64,000 bases of DNA from a virus. This document shows positions 37,467 through 46,597 of the stretch, piece after piece (position 1 is the first letter of the stretch; every line of letters starts with the position of its first letter). A program made the translations under genes and the position numbers. The notes beneath the pieces were generated by a model. That model saw nothing but the letters and a program-made list of their open reading frames with translations, was not told where the DNA came from and did not search any database. The stretch lies in the IMG/VR virus record IMGVR_UViG_3300028610_001991; one strand, given 5' to 3'.

Positions 37467-39575
37467 ATGAAAGTAATTGAACCTAGTTATGAAATTATTA
37501 AGTATGATGGAGGCAGTGAGGAACAAGTCTTAAAGCACCTGGAGGCTTGTGGGAGAACTTGTTATAAATCAGATCATAAGATTAGACAAGGATCAGCAGA
37601 GACATTTGTTAAAGGGTTAATGAAAGCAGGCCATGAGGCAATGATAGAGCATGCTTCTATAGCTACGGGAATGAGTACTAAAAACTATGAGTTTTTGAGA
37701 GATTATAGGTTATTTAATGGTACAACAAAACATATGAGCGATCCTGATATTGGTAAAGATAATGTTTTATCATTTAAAAAGGATTGGTATGCAAAGACTG
37801 CTCTTAATTTTATGAACTTTTCTTATCACGATAATATAGGGTTTCTTGTTTCTGGTAATTTCAGAGCTTGGAGAAATCTACTTCATGGGTTTAAACTAGC
37901 GCCTGATTTATTATCTACTTTTGTAAGGTTTTTTCCTGTTATGTTTTCTGATTTTGATATTCCAAAAGGAAACTCAGGTAACAGAGAAGTAGTTGGTATT
38001 ATGTCTGGTCTGGATAAAATGCTCCCAGCAGTAAAGTTGCTGCATAAGTATGTCTCTGTTCGTTTTATATGTAATCGGGGTTTTTGTTATAGTGAAGATA
38101 CTAAAGTGTTAACCAATGAAGGGTGGAAGTTTTTTCCTGAGTTAAAAGGAAATGAGATGATTTTAACTAAAGACGATAACAATAATATTGTAGAAGAACC
38201 TATAAAAGAAATTGTTATAGAGGATTGGAATACAGACTTACTCAGTTTTAAAAATACCGAGATGGATTTGCGTGTTACGCCTAACCATAATATGTGGGTT
38301 CTTGATGCTGAGAGTGGTGGTTATAACTATGAAAAAGGAAAGTTTATTAAAGCCAAGGATATGACCAATTCTAAGTACAAGATAGATAGGGGCGGTAATT
38401 GGAAAGGACAGATAGTGGATAGAATAAATCTACCGGATGAGATTGAGTTTGTATCTTCTTTTAATAAAAAGAAATGTAAAGGATTTTCAGTCAGCCCAGA
38501 GCCTTTTTTGGAGTTATTAGGGTTATGGGTTACGGATGGTACAATATATCCACCGAAAAATGGGAGGGGAAGAAGGGTATCCATACGACAGACTAAGCCT
38601 ATAGCACATAGAAGAATAATAGAATTACTTGATAAATTGAATTTTAAATACTCAACACATAAAAATGATATTAGGATAAATTGTATTCCTTTATGGCGGT
38701 TTTTAATGGATGAGTTTATGCTACCTATTAGTGGGATAAAGTCTTATTTTTTAACCCTTCCGGTTTGGCTTAGAAATTTAGATAGTAACTTACTACAATG
38801 TTTTATTAAAGGAGTATTATTAGGAGATGGGTTTGAGGATAAAAGCAGAAAATTAGTATATTCTTCTTCTCTAACCTTTTGTGAAAACTTAGTCGAGTTA
38901 GCTTTAAAAACAGGTAGGTCTGCCTCCATAAGGGAATATCGCCCTAAAGGACATAAAAGATATTGGTCGGATGGAAGAATAAGCATATGCCAAGCAAGTT
39001 ATGTTGTTAATATAGGAAAAGAACCTTATGGGGTTTTAACTAAACATTCCGAAGTAGCTAAGATAGGAGAACCAGAAGCTTATCTTGGTCTGGTATGTTG
39101 TGTAGAATTAGAGAAACATCATAGATTATATGTTATGAGAAATGGAAAGGCTTGTTGGTCAGGAAATACACATGAATTGGTACGTATGAGGCCATGTAGT
39201 TTTGCACAAGAATCAACCAGATACGTAGATTATTCTGATGAAAGTGATCGTGGTAAAGGTGAGATGAAAGCAGTTAAACCAGAATGGTTTACTCAAGAAG
39301 ACCGGTTAGAGACGTGGATGATTGCTATGGAGCAGGCAGAAATTAAATATCAAGAATTACGTAAGCTAGGGGCTAGTCCTGGTGAAGCAAGAGGTGTTTT
39401 GCCAATCGATGTCAAGACAGAAATTGTCATTACTACTAACTTGGCTGAGTGGTATCATATATTTAAATTGAGAACAGCAAATGCCGCACACCAGTCTATG
39501 CGACAGTTAATGCGACCGGTATGTGAAGAGTTTAAAGATGATGAACCGGAAATCTTTGAAGATATAACCTGGTAA
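37467..39575 (+). CDS. thyX: FAD-dependent thymidylate synthase (intein-containing)
   Basis: GHEAMIEH, THELVRMR..SFAQESTRY after splicing, ARGVLP; start moved to ATG 37467 after AAAGGA. Confidence 0.9.
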   Translation: MKVIEPSYEIIKYDGGSEEQVLKHLEACGRTCYKSDHKIRQGSAETFVKGLMKAGHEAMIEHASIATGMSTKNYEFLRDYRLFNGTTKHMSDPDIGKDNVLSFKKDWYAKTALNFMNFSYHDNIGFLVSGNFRAWRNLLHGFKLAPDLLSTFVRFFPVMFSDFDIPKGNSGNREVVGIMSGLDKMLPAVKLLHKYVSVRFICNRGFCYSEDTKVLTNEGWKFFPELKGNEMILTKDDNNNIVEEPIKEIVIEDWNTDLLSFKNTEMDLRVTPNHNMWVLDAESGGYNYEKGKFIKAKDMTNSKYKIDRGGNWKGQIVDRINLPDEIEFVSSFNKKKCKGFSVSPEPFLELLGLWVTDGTIYPPKNGRGRRVSIRQTKPIAHRRIIELLDKLNFKYSTHKNDIRINCIPLWRFLMDEFMLPISGIKSYFLTLPVWLRNLDSNLLQCFIKGVLLGDGFEDKSRKLVYSSSLTFCENLVELALKTGRSASIREYRPKGHKRYWSDGRISICQASYVVNIGKEPYGVLTKHSEVAKIGEPEAYLGLVCCVELEKHHRLYVMRNGKACWSGNTHELVRMRPCSFAQESTRYVDYSDESDRGKGEMKAVKPEWFTQEDRLETWMIAMEQAEIKYQELRKLGASPGEARGVLPIDVKTEIVITTNLAEWYHIFKLRTANAAHQSMRQLMRPVCEEFKDDEPEIFEDITW
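38085..39167 (+). mobile_element. intein with LAGLIDADG-type endonuclease in ThyX (361 aa)
   Basis: Starts CYSEDTKVLT, ends RNGKACWSGN followed by Thr+1; LGLWVTDG and GVLLGDG blocks. Confidence 0.9.
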
Positions 39576-39726
39576 TGCAATATAGAAAAGTTGGTTCATT
39601 TTAAGTGCGGGTTTTGTGATAAGTGGTGGACAGTAGGAGACGCACCTTCGGATCCCGAGCGTAGAAGATTCTACTACCGCCCTTGGCGAGGTAAGAAACA
39701 AAGATCAAAAAAGAAGGGGATTAACA

Positions 39727-40002
39727 ATGGATAGAATTTTGGATTTAGTTATTAGGCTGATTGAATACCTTAAGGGCTTTTATCTGTATGACATTGGAAT
39801 GTTTAAGTATCTACTGACCCACTGGTGGAATTACGTTGCACTGTGTATCCCGGTGTTAGCTTACCTGTGCTTCTTCGTTATAAAGTGGGTAGTATTGTTT
39901 TTCCCTATTCTATTACCGTTTGGGAGAATAATATATGCTCTTCAGCGGAGTGTATCGAATGTAATTAGTAATAAAATAACTAATAAGTTCGATAAGAAAT
40001 AA
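39727..40002 (+). CDS. small membrane protein
   Basis: Long hydrophobic stretch. Confidence 0.55.
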   Translation: MDRILDLVIRLIEYLKGFYLYDIGMFKYLLTHWWNYVALCIPVLAYLCFFVIKWVVLFFPILLPFGRIIYALQRSVSNVISNKITNKFDKK

Positions 40003-40236
40003 ATGGTAATAACAAAAGACCGGGTAACACTGGTTGGACAGAAGTTTGACATCAAGGCTAAAAACGGGAAGTATGTAACCTGGGAAGTATTTGATGAGGA
40101 TCTTAACCCTGTTTTACCTTCTGTGTACCTCATGAATACTAAAGCTAAGCAGAAGGGGTGCATACAGTTGAACCCATTAAAGCTGTTAGAGGCAACTAAC
40201 AAGATGGATACAGTTATGCCACATATCGGAGATTGA
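40003..40236 (+). CDS. hypothetical protein
   Basis: Coupled ORF. Confidence 0.55.
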   Translation: MVITKDRVTLVGQKFDIKAKNGKYVTWEVFDEDLNPVLPSVYLMNTKAKQKGCIQLNPLKLLEATNKMDTVMPHIGD

Positions 40237-40472
40237 ACTTGAAAACAGAATACGAATATATTTATTTTGAACTTAAAGAAAAGAAACCTAAAACAACTAT
40301 TTGGTCCTGTCTAAACCGGAAGAGTGGAGATTTGTTAGGCGAGATAAAGTGGTACCCTGCCTGGAGACAGTATTGTTTTTTACCGTGTCAGGCTACGGTA
40401 TTTAGTCATGGTTGCTTAAAGGACATTAACAGCTTTATTGAGCAACTACATGAGGAGAGGAAACGTGCATAA
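40233..40472 (+). CDS. hypothetical phage protein
   Basis: LGEIKWYPAWRQYCF motif typical of small phage proteins. Confidence 0.6.
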   Translation: MNLKTEYEYIYFELKEKKPKTTIWSCLNRKSGDLLGEIKWYPAWRQYCFLPCQATVFSHGCLKDINSFIEQLHEERKRA

Positions 40473-40719
40473 ATTTTTAAAGTCTGTGGTAGCTGCTGCT
40501 ACAGTCACGGCTAGTAAGGAAGGACAGAGGAAAATTGAAATTAATGTAAAAGTACCAAAAGTAGTTAAGGCGTATGTTGATCTACTATTAAAAGCAAATG
40601 AGACATTAATGAAAATTAAAGCAGAGCTAGGTGTGGTAAATCCAGTTTATGAACTTATGCGTTTATTACAAAAAGAAAATGAGCAACTACAACAGAAGTT
40701 TTTAAAATTGGAGAAATAA
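40465..40719 (+). CDS. hypothetical protein
   Basis: GTG start after GAGGAGAGG. Confidence 0.55.
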   Translation: MHKFLKSVVAAATVTASKEGQRKIEINVKVPKVVKAYVDLLLKANETLMKIKAELGVVNPVYELMRLLQKENEQLQQKFLKLEK

Positions 40720-40727
40720 CAAAGGAG

Positions 40728-40997
40728 ATGGAGATGACAAATCAAGAATATATTGGAAATATATCTTACATATTAGCAGAGACAAATACCTATATGGATA
40801 CTAATATATTAATTGATCTGCTAAATACTAATGGTTTCGAGCAGCAGCGGGGCGGTCCTTATATTAAAGGAGGCCGTGGTATATTTAAACTATTATCAAG
40901 CACATATGCTCATTTTGAGGGAAATAGTTTTACACAGAACAATATAGCGACACGTTTCGTTGAAGTAGGGACGCGAGAGCCAGCTTGGGTTGAATAG
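40728..40997 (+). CDS. hypothetical protein
   Basis: AAGGAG RBS. Confidence 0.55.
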   Translation: MEMTNQEYIGNISYILAETNTYMDTNILIDLLNTNGFEQQRGGPYIKGGRGIFKLLSSTYAHFEGNSFTQNNIATRFVEVGTREPAWVE

Positions 40998-41006
40998 GGG
41001 AAAAGA

Positions 41007-41285
41007 TTGACAGAAAAAACATTAAAAGCATTAAAGATACTACAGGATAATCCAAACATAGCAGCAAGAAGATTTGCTAAATTAATGTGGCCGGATAGTA
41101 TTATGCATCGTAGAGTTTCAAATACAGGAAACGGCGCTACTACAGGTAAAGCAGGATGGTTATGTGGCGGTAGCTATTTAGCAAAACTTTGTAATAAAGA
41201 GCTTGTGTACAGATACCTTACTAGTAACGGGTATACTTGGACGTTTTCTCTTTCGCGTAAAGGAGTGGAGGTATTGAATGGGTAG
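41007..41285 (+). CDS. hypothetical protein (possible winged helix)
   Basis: Basic protein ending in the LSRKG wing-like pattern. Confidence 0.5.
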   Translation: MTEKTLKALKILQDNPNIAARRFAKLMWPDSIMHRRVSNTGNGATTGKAGWLCGGSYLAKLCNKELVYRYLTSNGYTWTFSLSRKGVEVLNG

Positions 41286-42018
41286 AATAATCAAAGTCCC
41301 AATACGTAGAGGAGAGCTTGCTTTCTCTTATAACGTAAGTGTAGACTCAACCGGTATGTTCACTACGACTATACCTAATGAAATAGCCAAACAAATACAA
41401 GATGCAGGTATCAGGCTTGATTGTAATAAGCTCAGTAATCCGGGGCACTTTACATCTGATACACTAAAAGGAGTACAGGCTAAGGTTAGGGCTATTGTAG
41501 ATGAGTTTTCAAGTAGAGAACTTATAGAAGAGAAAACGGTTCTTCAATATAAGATAAAAACCCGATGTACTTATTGTAAAAATCCTAAAGGAGGGTTTGT
41601 ACCGAATGGTTCTCCTGAGTGGGTGGGGTCAGATGATTTTAAGTGGTATAGCGGTACTGAAGATTTACACTCAAGTAACCGACAACCATTTGGATTGGAT
41701 TTATATGTTGCTCCTAGGATAAAAAGGGTATATAAGTATCTCAGCGGTAGAGAAGTAGTAGAATACGATCGAATAGAAGACCAAGATGTTGACCCTAAAA
41801 CTAATCTCTATTGGTTATTAGGTATACACACTATGACTACTGACCATTGGGACGAGTTAGATGAGATTGAATATACAGAACAAAGGGCGTTGTTTTTTGT
41901 TGATTTTATAAAATATATCTGTAGTATAAATGAGAAATTAATAGATTTAGTAAAACCAGAAAATCTGATTAAAGCACTTGATAACCCTACTAAAGCATTA
42001 CCTTTTGAGGAGAAATGA
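41278..42018 (+). CDS. hypothetical protein
   Basis: 246-aa coupled ORF. Confidence 0.65.
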   Translation: MGRIIKVPIRRGELAFSYNVSVDSTGMFTTTIPNEIAKQIQDAGIRLDCNKLSNPGHFTSDTLKGVQAKVRAIVDEFSSRELIEEKTVLQYKIKTRCTYCKNPKGGFVPNGSPEWVGSDDFKWYSGTEDLHSSNRQPFGLDLYVAPRIKRVYKYLSGREVVEYDRIEDQDVDPKTNLYWLLGIHTMTTDHWDELDEIEYTEQRALFFVDFIKYICSINEKLIDLVKPENLIKALDNPTKALPFEEK

Positions 42019-42780
42019 GTGAAATTAGAGGCAGTTAATTCTATGCATGTCATGACAGCACTGATGTGCTACTTTAGATATAAAAGAAATGCATTAGTAG
42101 CTAGTGAGGTAGATCTTTATTCTTATGGTAAAAGTGATATTGTAGCTGATACTGGTAAAGTCACTTATGATGTTGAAATTAAGACGACAATTAACGATCT
42201 TAAACGTGACTTTAAAAAGTATAAACATAGTATGTTAGACTATGCTGCAGGTAAGTCTAGCTACTGGGTGCCGAATTATTTTTATTTCTGCTTACCTGTT
42301 CTGTTAATAGATAAAGCAAAAGTAATTATAAACGAGCAGGGAAATAAATTCGGTATACTTTCTTATGATTATGAAAATTCTAGATTTTATATACCAGAGA
42401 AGTTTATTAAATCAGTACAGATAGGTAAAAAGATACATAATAGGTATGATACCGGAATTAGAAAGAAAATAGTAAAGAGGTTATCGTCTGAGTTATGTAT
42501 TATATATCAAGATAAGTATGATATACGGAAGGAGGAAAAAATGTTCCTAGGATTCAATGCAGATAAAATTACGCTGGATAACTTTGAAGGTGTATTTAAG
42601 TGTAGGAAGAAACCGATAGTTATACATGCTTTACAGATTAACTTTCCTGAAGGATTCATAGTGACCACCCCTTCAGGAAAAGTAAAAGGAGAACCGGGTG
42701 ACTATCTTATGTTTGGGCCTTCAGGAGAAAAGTATCCCTGTAAGAAGGATATATTTGAAAAAACATACACTAAGGTATAG
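42019..42780 (+). CDS. MmcB-like PD-(D/E)xK nuclease fused in frame to a PGDYG-like domain (internal start at 42541)
   Basis: SEV...DIV...VEIKTT..D...D, NYFYF; C-terminal RKKPIVIHA...PGDY...YPCKKDIFEKTY. Confidence 0.65.
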   Translation: MKLEAVNSMHVMTALMCYFRYKRNALVASEVDLYSYGKSDIVADTGKVTYDVEIKTTINDLKRDFKKYKHSMLDYAAGKSSYWVPNYFYFCLPVLLIDKAKVIINEQGNKFGILSYDYENSRFYIPEKFIKSVQIGKKIHNRYDTGIRKKIVKRLSSELCIIYQDKYDIRKEEKMFLGFNADKITLDNFEGVFKCRKKPIVIHALQINFPEGFIVTTPSGKVKGEPGDYLMFGPSGEKYPCKKDIFEKTYTKV

Positions 42781-42798
42781 GTTAGGGAGAGATAAATA

Positions 42799-43125
42799 AT
42801 GGATGATAATTTAAAGAAAGGTATTATACTTGCTTCTATTCAGAAAATGTTCGGTGATAATACTTTTAATATTTGTACAATAGATAACTGCTCGGCTTTA
42901 AGTAAGCCTAAAAGAAAGCCTGCACAGTATGTAGAACTTAATGCGCTTCATTGTGTTAACTGGAAGGATATGACTCCTACTGTATATGCTTTTATCGTAG
43001 AGGCTGTTGAGGATATATTTCAGATAAAAGTATTTAAGGAAAAACCGACAGAAAGAAGAAAACATACAATACAGATGAGGATATATAAAAAGCTAAAAGA
43101 GCTTAGAGTAAAAAGACATGTGTAG
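42799..43125 (+). CDS. hypothetical protein
   Basis: ORF with GGGAG RBS. Confidence 0.55.
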   Translation: MDDNLKKGIILASIQKMFGDNTFNICTIDNCSALSKPKRKPAQYVELNALHCVNWKDMTPTVYAFIVEAVEDIFQIKVFKEKPTERRKHTIQMRIYKKLKELRVKRHV

Positions 43126-43306
43126 TTATTGTAAGTGGGAAAAAGTTCGGGATAAGTGTAAGGTTATGCTTGACGATCCTGATTTCTCTTTTGCTTATAG
43201 CTCGCTTGAAGGTATACAAGAGTGGGTTGAGCTTAACGAGCATGTAACAGAGAGTCAAGAAGATGCTGTTGAAAATATAGCTAATAGTGTATACGGGAGG
43301 ATGTGA
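43118..43306 (+). CDS. hypothetical protein
   Basis: Coupled ORF. Confidence 0.55.
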   Translation: MCSYCKWEKVRDKCKVMLDDPDFSFAYSSLEGIQEWVELNEHVTESQEDAVENIANSVYGRM

Positions 43307-43605
43307 TGGTTGAAATAGACTATAGAATTGAAGTTATTAAGGAATCTACTACAGGCGATACTTACATATTAGTGACTGCTGGCTTAAAATATGATAGGTA
43401 TTATCTTAGTAAGTATGGAAAGTACAAAACATTAAATGACAATAAGCAGACTGATTATAGTGATTTAATTAAAGTATCCCCTGCTGTCCTGCAGAGTCTT
43501 GCTAATGCATTATGTGGTTTCGGTTATATTAAAGCTAGTGGCGCTACTCTTGCAGCAAAAGATGAGCATATAAATGATTTAAGAAGCATGTCTGACAGAC
43601 TATAG
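43303..43605 (+). CDS. hypothetical protein, possibly prematurely terminated
   Basis: Frame stays open after the TAG up to 43692. Confidence 0.55.
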   Translation: MMVEIDYRIEVIKESTTGDTYILVTAGLKYDRYYLSKYGKYKTLNDNKQTDYSDLIKVSPAVLQSLANALCGFGYIKASGATLAAKDEHINDLRSMSDRL

Positions 43606-43675
43606 GCAAATCGTGTAGGCTCTGATAGACTCATTGACTTTATAGATAAACTGATAGAAATAAAGGAGGAGGATA

Positions 43676-43828
43676 ATGAAAAAGCTAAATAGATGTTCAG
43701 GTTGTGGCCGCCAGCATAAAAAGAGTCATGAGAAACGAGTGCGAAAAAATAATAAGTACGCAGAGGGGTGTGTAACTTATGAGCAGCAAAGAAATAAAAT
43801 ACTAAAAGAGAGGGTAGGTAGTGGGTAA
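43676..43828 (+). CDS. small basic CxxC protein (50 aa, not in ORF track)
   Basis: AAGGAGGAGG RBS; MKKLNRCSGCGRQH. Confidence 0.5.
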   Translation: MKKLNRCSGCGRQHKKSHEKRVRKNNKYAEGCVTYEQQRNKILKERVGSG

Positions 43829-44546
43829 AAAGACATCATATGTCATCAACATTTCTAAAAATAATTACTATAACAAACCAAAAGAGAATTGTATTGAAAC
43901 CCCTTTGTCTTTAGCTGATTTTATATTTAATATGTTTGATGATACAGTTATGTTAAGAAATGAGTCCAGCTCTGATACTCTGCGCGTATGGGATATTGGC
44001 TGTGGTAAAGGTAATTTAAGCAGGCCATTTAAGAAAGCAGGGTATAGATGTACCGGTATAGATATAAATTACTGGTATAAGGAATTTTATCCGGGTAAGT
44101 TTATCCCCTGTGATTTTATTGCTCAGTCTACTGAACTTTTACAAAAGTTCAGTAGCAAGTACACGGATCATCTTATTCTTTGTAACCCACCTTTTAACTA
44201 CAGGGATGGTTCTACTCCGGAGGAAGTGTTAACTTACTGGAAGGGACAGGGTTTTGAAAAAGAACCCCTATACCCCCATGTATTTTTACATAAAATATTT
44301 GAAGTATTCGGGACTAGGGCTAAAGTTGTACTGTTTGTACCGATGGGATTTTTAAGGAATCAAAGGATACTAAAAAAAGGTAACTTTTCTGAACGATATC
44401 AGTGGTTAGTAGACACTGAAGAGCAAATAACCAGTATCCTTACTGTACCTATGAATATGTTTGAAGGTGTTCTTGTTCATAGCGATATTTTGTTTTGGAA
44501 TATACAAGGTATGCGGCCCCACTACATGTACGAGCAAGCAGAATGA
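43821..44546 (+). CDS. amino (N6-A/N4-C) DNA methyltransferase
   Basis: WDIGCGKG motif I and NPPF motif IV. Confidence 0.8.
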   Translation: MGKKTSYVINISKNNYYNKPKENCIETPLSLADFIFNMFDDTVMLRNESSSDTLRVWDIGCGKGNLSRPFKKAGYRCTGIDINYWYKEFYPGKFIPCDFIAQSTELLQKFSSKYTDHLILCNPPFNYRDGSTPEEVLTYWKGQGFEKEPLYPHVFLHKIFEVFGTRAKVVLFVPMGFLRNQRILKKGNFSERYQWLVDTEEQITSILTVPMNMFEGVLVHSDILFWNIQGMRPHYMYEQAE

Positions 44547-45469
44547 GAGTAGGTTTATATGCTCCTGACTCTACGATACCAAACCTTGCACTAATGAAAT
44601 TATCGGCGTACCATAAGCTGAAACATGATATGGTAAGTTGGTATTCTCCTACAGACACTTACGATAAAGTTTATATATCTAAAATATTTACTTTTACGAA
44701 ATTAGATTTTAATGAACAGCCTTTTATTAAAGGTGTAGAGTACGGGGGATCAGGATATAGTTTAAATACAGAACTACCTTTGGTTATAGATGATATTTCT
44801 CCCGATTACTCTATTTATCCAAAATTTAAACAGGCCTTAGGGTTTACTACACGAGGCTGCATACGAAAATGTTGGTTCTGTAGTGTATACGAGAAAGAGG
44901 GTATGATTAAACCATATAGAAGTATAGAGCAGATAGTGGGTGATAGAAAAGAAGTTCTACTCTTAGATAATAACATACTAGCGCATGAACATGGTATAAA
45001 ACAAATAGAAAGACTAACAGAGATGCAAGTAAAGGTTGATTTTAACCAAGGGTTGGATTTTAGGTTAATTGATAAGGCAGTTGCCAGGTTACTTGCTAAA
45101 ATAAATTGGTTAGTTCCATTGCGGATTGCATGTGATAGTATAGATTATATAGGTAAGGTAGTTGAAGTAATAAGTTTATTACGCTGGTATAATGTTACCC
45201 CGAGTAGGTATTGTGTTTATGTATTAGCAGTAGACTTTTTATCAACATGGAAACTGATATGCATCTTAAAAGGTTTATTTATTGATCCTTATGTTCAGAT
45301 ATATAAAGACAGAGATAACACAGAGCCTGAAAAAACAGTTAAAGAGTTAGGGATGTGGGTAAATCAAAAGCGTATGTTTCGCAGTATGTCCTTCTATAGT
45401 TTTCTTAAAGTACGAAACAGCTTAAAGTATTTTGAAAAACATATAGGTACAATAAAGGCATGGAGTTAA
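44543..45469 (+). CDS. radical SAM protein
   Basis: TRGCIRKCWFC (CxxxCxxC), PNLALMKLSA, LDNN, DFNQG; ATGA overlap with the MTase stop. Confidence 0.85.
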   Translation: MRVGLYAPDSTIPNLALMKLSAYHKLKHDMVSWYSPTDTYDKVYISKIFTFTKLDFNEQPFIKGVEYGGSGYSLNTELPLVIDDISPDYSIYPKFKQALGFTTRGCIRKCWFCSVYEKEGMIKPYRSIEQIVGDRKEVLLLDNNILAHEHGIKQIERLTEMQVKVDFNQGLDFRLIDKAVARLLAKINWLVPLRIACDSIDYIGKVVEVISLLRWYNVTPSRYCVYVLAVDFLSTWKLICILKGLFIDPYVQIYKDRDNTEPEKTVKELGMWVNQKRMFRSMSFYSFLKVRNSLKYFEKHIGTIKAWS

Positions 45470-45489
45470 TTAAGGGTAATATTTAAATA

Positions 45490-45795
45490 ATGCTATTAAA
45501 CGTAATGCAAATACCGGCACCGTATAATTTTGTAGTTCAGGTGAGATTTAAAGATCAGCCTATTTATGAATCTTATTTTGCAAAACTGGTATCTTTAACT
45601 GATAAAAAAATAGCTAATAGGGTTGAGCTTATTGAAGGTGTACATCTGGAATCTGAAAATATGAGAGCAGAAAAGTTTAAGCGAATGCCCTTTGAAGTAG
45701 GGTACGATAATGTAATAGGCTTTTTAGTAATTAGAGTTGATGGTGAGATACTTGCTAGTGCAGGCGATATGAAGAAAGCAATCAGGAGTGAATAA
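45490..45795 (+). CDS. hypothetical protein
   Basis: ORF. Confidence 0.5.
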   Translation: MLLNVMQIPAPYNFVVQVRFKDQPIYESYFAKLVSLTDKKIANRVELIEGVHLESENMRAEKFKRMPFEVGYDNVIGFLVIRVDGEILASAGDMKKAIRSE

Positions 45796-45888
45796 ACGAA
45801 TGATAATACTATTAGGTTAGTAATAAGGATGATTGTAGGTTTCTGTTTCTGGGTTCCAGCAACAATGATATTTTAAAGGACAAAATTA

Positions 45889-46059
45889 ATGAGTGATAAT
45901 AAAATAATGAATAAAAAAGAAATATATATAAAACTTATAGAAGATTATTGCAGGTTATTGCGTAAACCGGATAAAACATTTATAGAAAAAATGCAATTTG
46001 ATAATGCACGAATATTGTTTTTTGATTATTTTTTAAATTATAAAGGACAAAGTAGATGA
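45889..46059 (+). CDS. small hypothetical protein (56 aa, not in track)
   Basis: AAAGGACAAA leader; open frame overlapping the next start. Confidence 0.45.
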   Translation: MSDNKIMNKKEIYIKLIEDYCRLLRKPDKTFIEKMQFDNARILFFDYFLNYKGQSR

Positions 46060-46250
46060 AAAGACCATTCATTCTTAATGTACCAAACAATAGAAAAAAT
46101 ATATGTTATAGATATGGCTGTAATCATTGGTATTTATGTTTAAAATATGACCCTAAAAAAGAAGGAAAAAATGATGAAGATATGACAAAGTGTATTGGTT
46201 TTATTGGAATAGGTGAAGAAGAGTCATATAAAAAATACAATATAGATTAA
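46056..46250 (+). CDS. small Cys-containing hypothetical protein
   Basis: AAAGGACAAA leader. Confidence 0.5.
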   Translation: MKRPFILNVPNNRKNICYRYGCNHWYLCLKYDPKKEGKNDEDMTKCIGFIGIGEEESYKKYNID

Positions 46251-46262
46251 AGGACAAATCAA

Positions 46263-46448
46263 ATGGCAAGTGAATCATTTAAAGCTAATCATTTAGCAGA
46301 TTATTATATAAAACAAAATGATGAATTAAAAGAATTTATAAAAGCATGGGCTTTAAGTTGGCAATACCATAGTAATTTTGAAATAGAATTATTTAAAGAT
46401 CAAGCTATAATTTTATTAAAAAAATATGAGGACAAAATAAATGAATAA
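46263..46448 (+). CDS. small hypothetical protein
   Basis: AAAGGACAAA leader. Confidence 0.5.
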   Translation: MASESFKANHLADYYIKQNDELKEFIKAWALSWQYHSNFEIELFKDQAIILLKKYEDKINE

Positions 46449-46581
46449 TGGTTGTAAAAAGTGGTTATTTAAATTAAATGGATATAATGGGCCGTATGTG
46501 ATACATGGTGATGAATGGGATTATGTAGGAATAACACTTGAAATACTTATTAGAGCTATGTGGGCGATTAATCGGGAATGA
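46441..46581 (+). CDS. small hypothetical protein (46 aa, not in track)
   Basis: GAGGACAAAA leader. Confidence 0.35.
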   Translation: MNNGCKKWLFKLNGYNGPYVIHGDEWDYVGITLEILIRAMWAINRE

Positions 46582-46597
46582 GTGATAGGGGGGCAGT

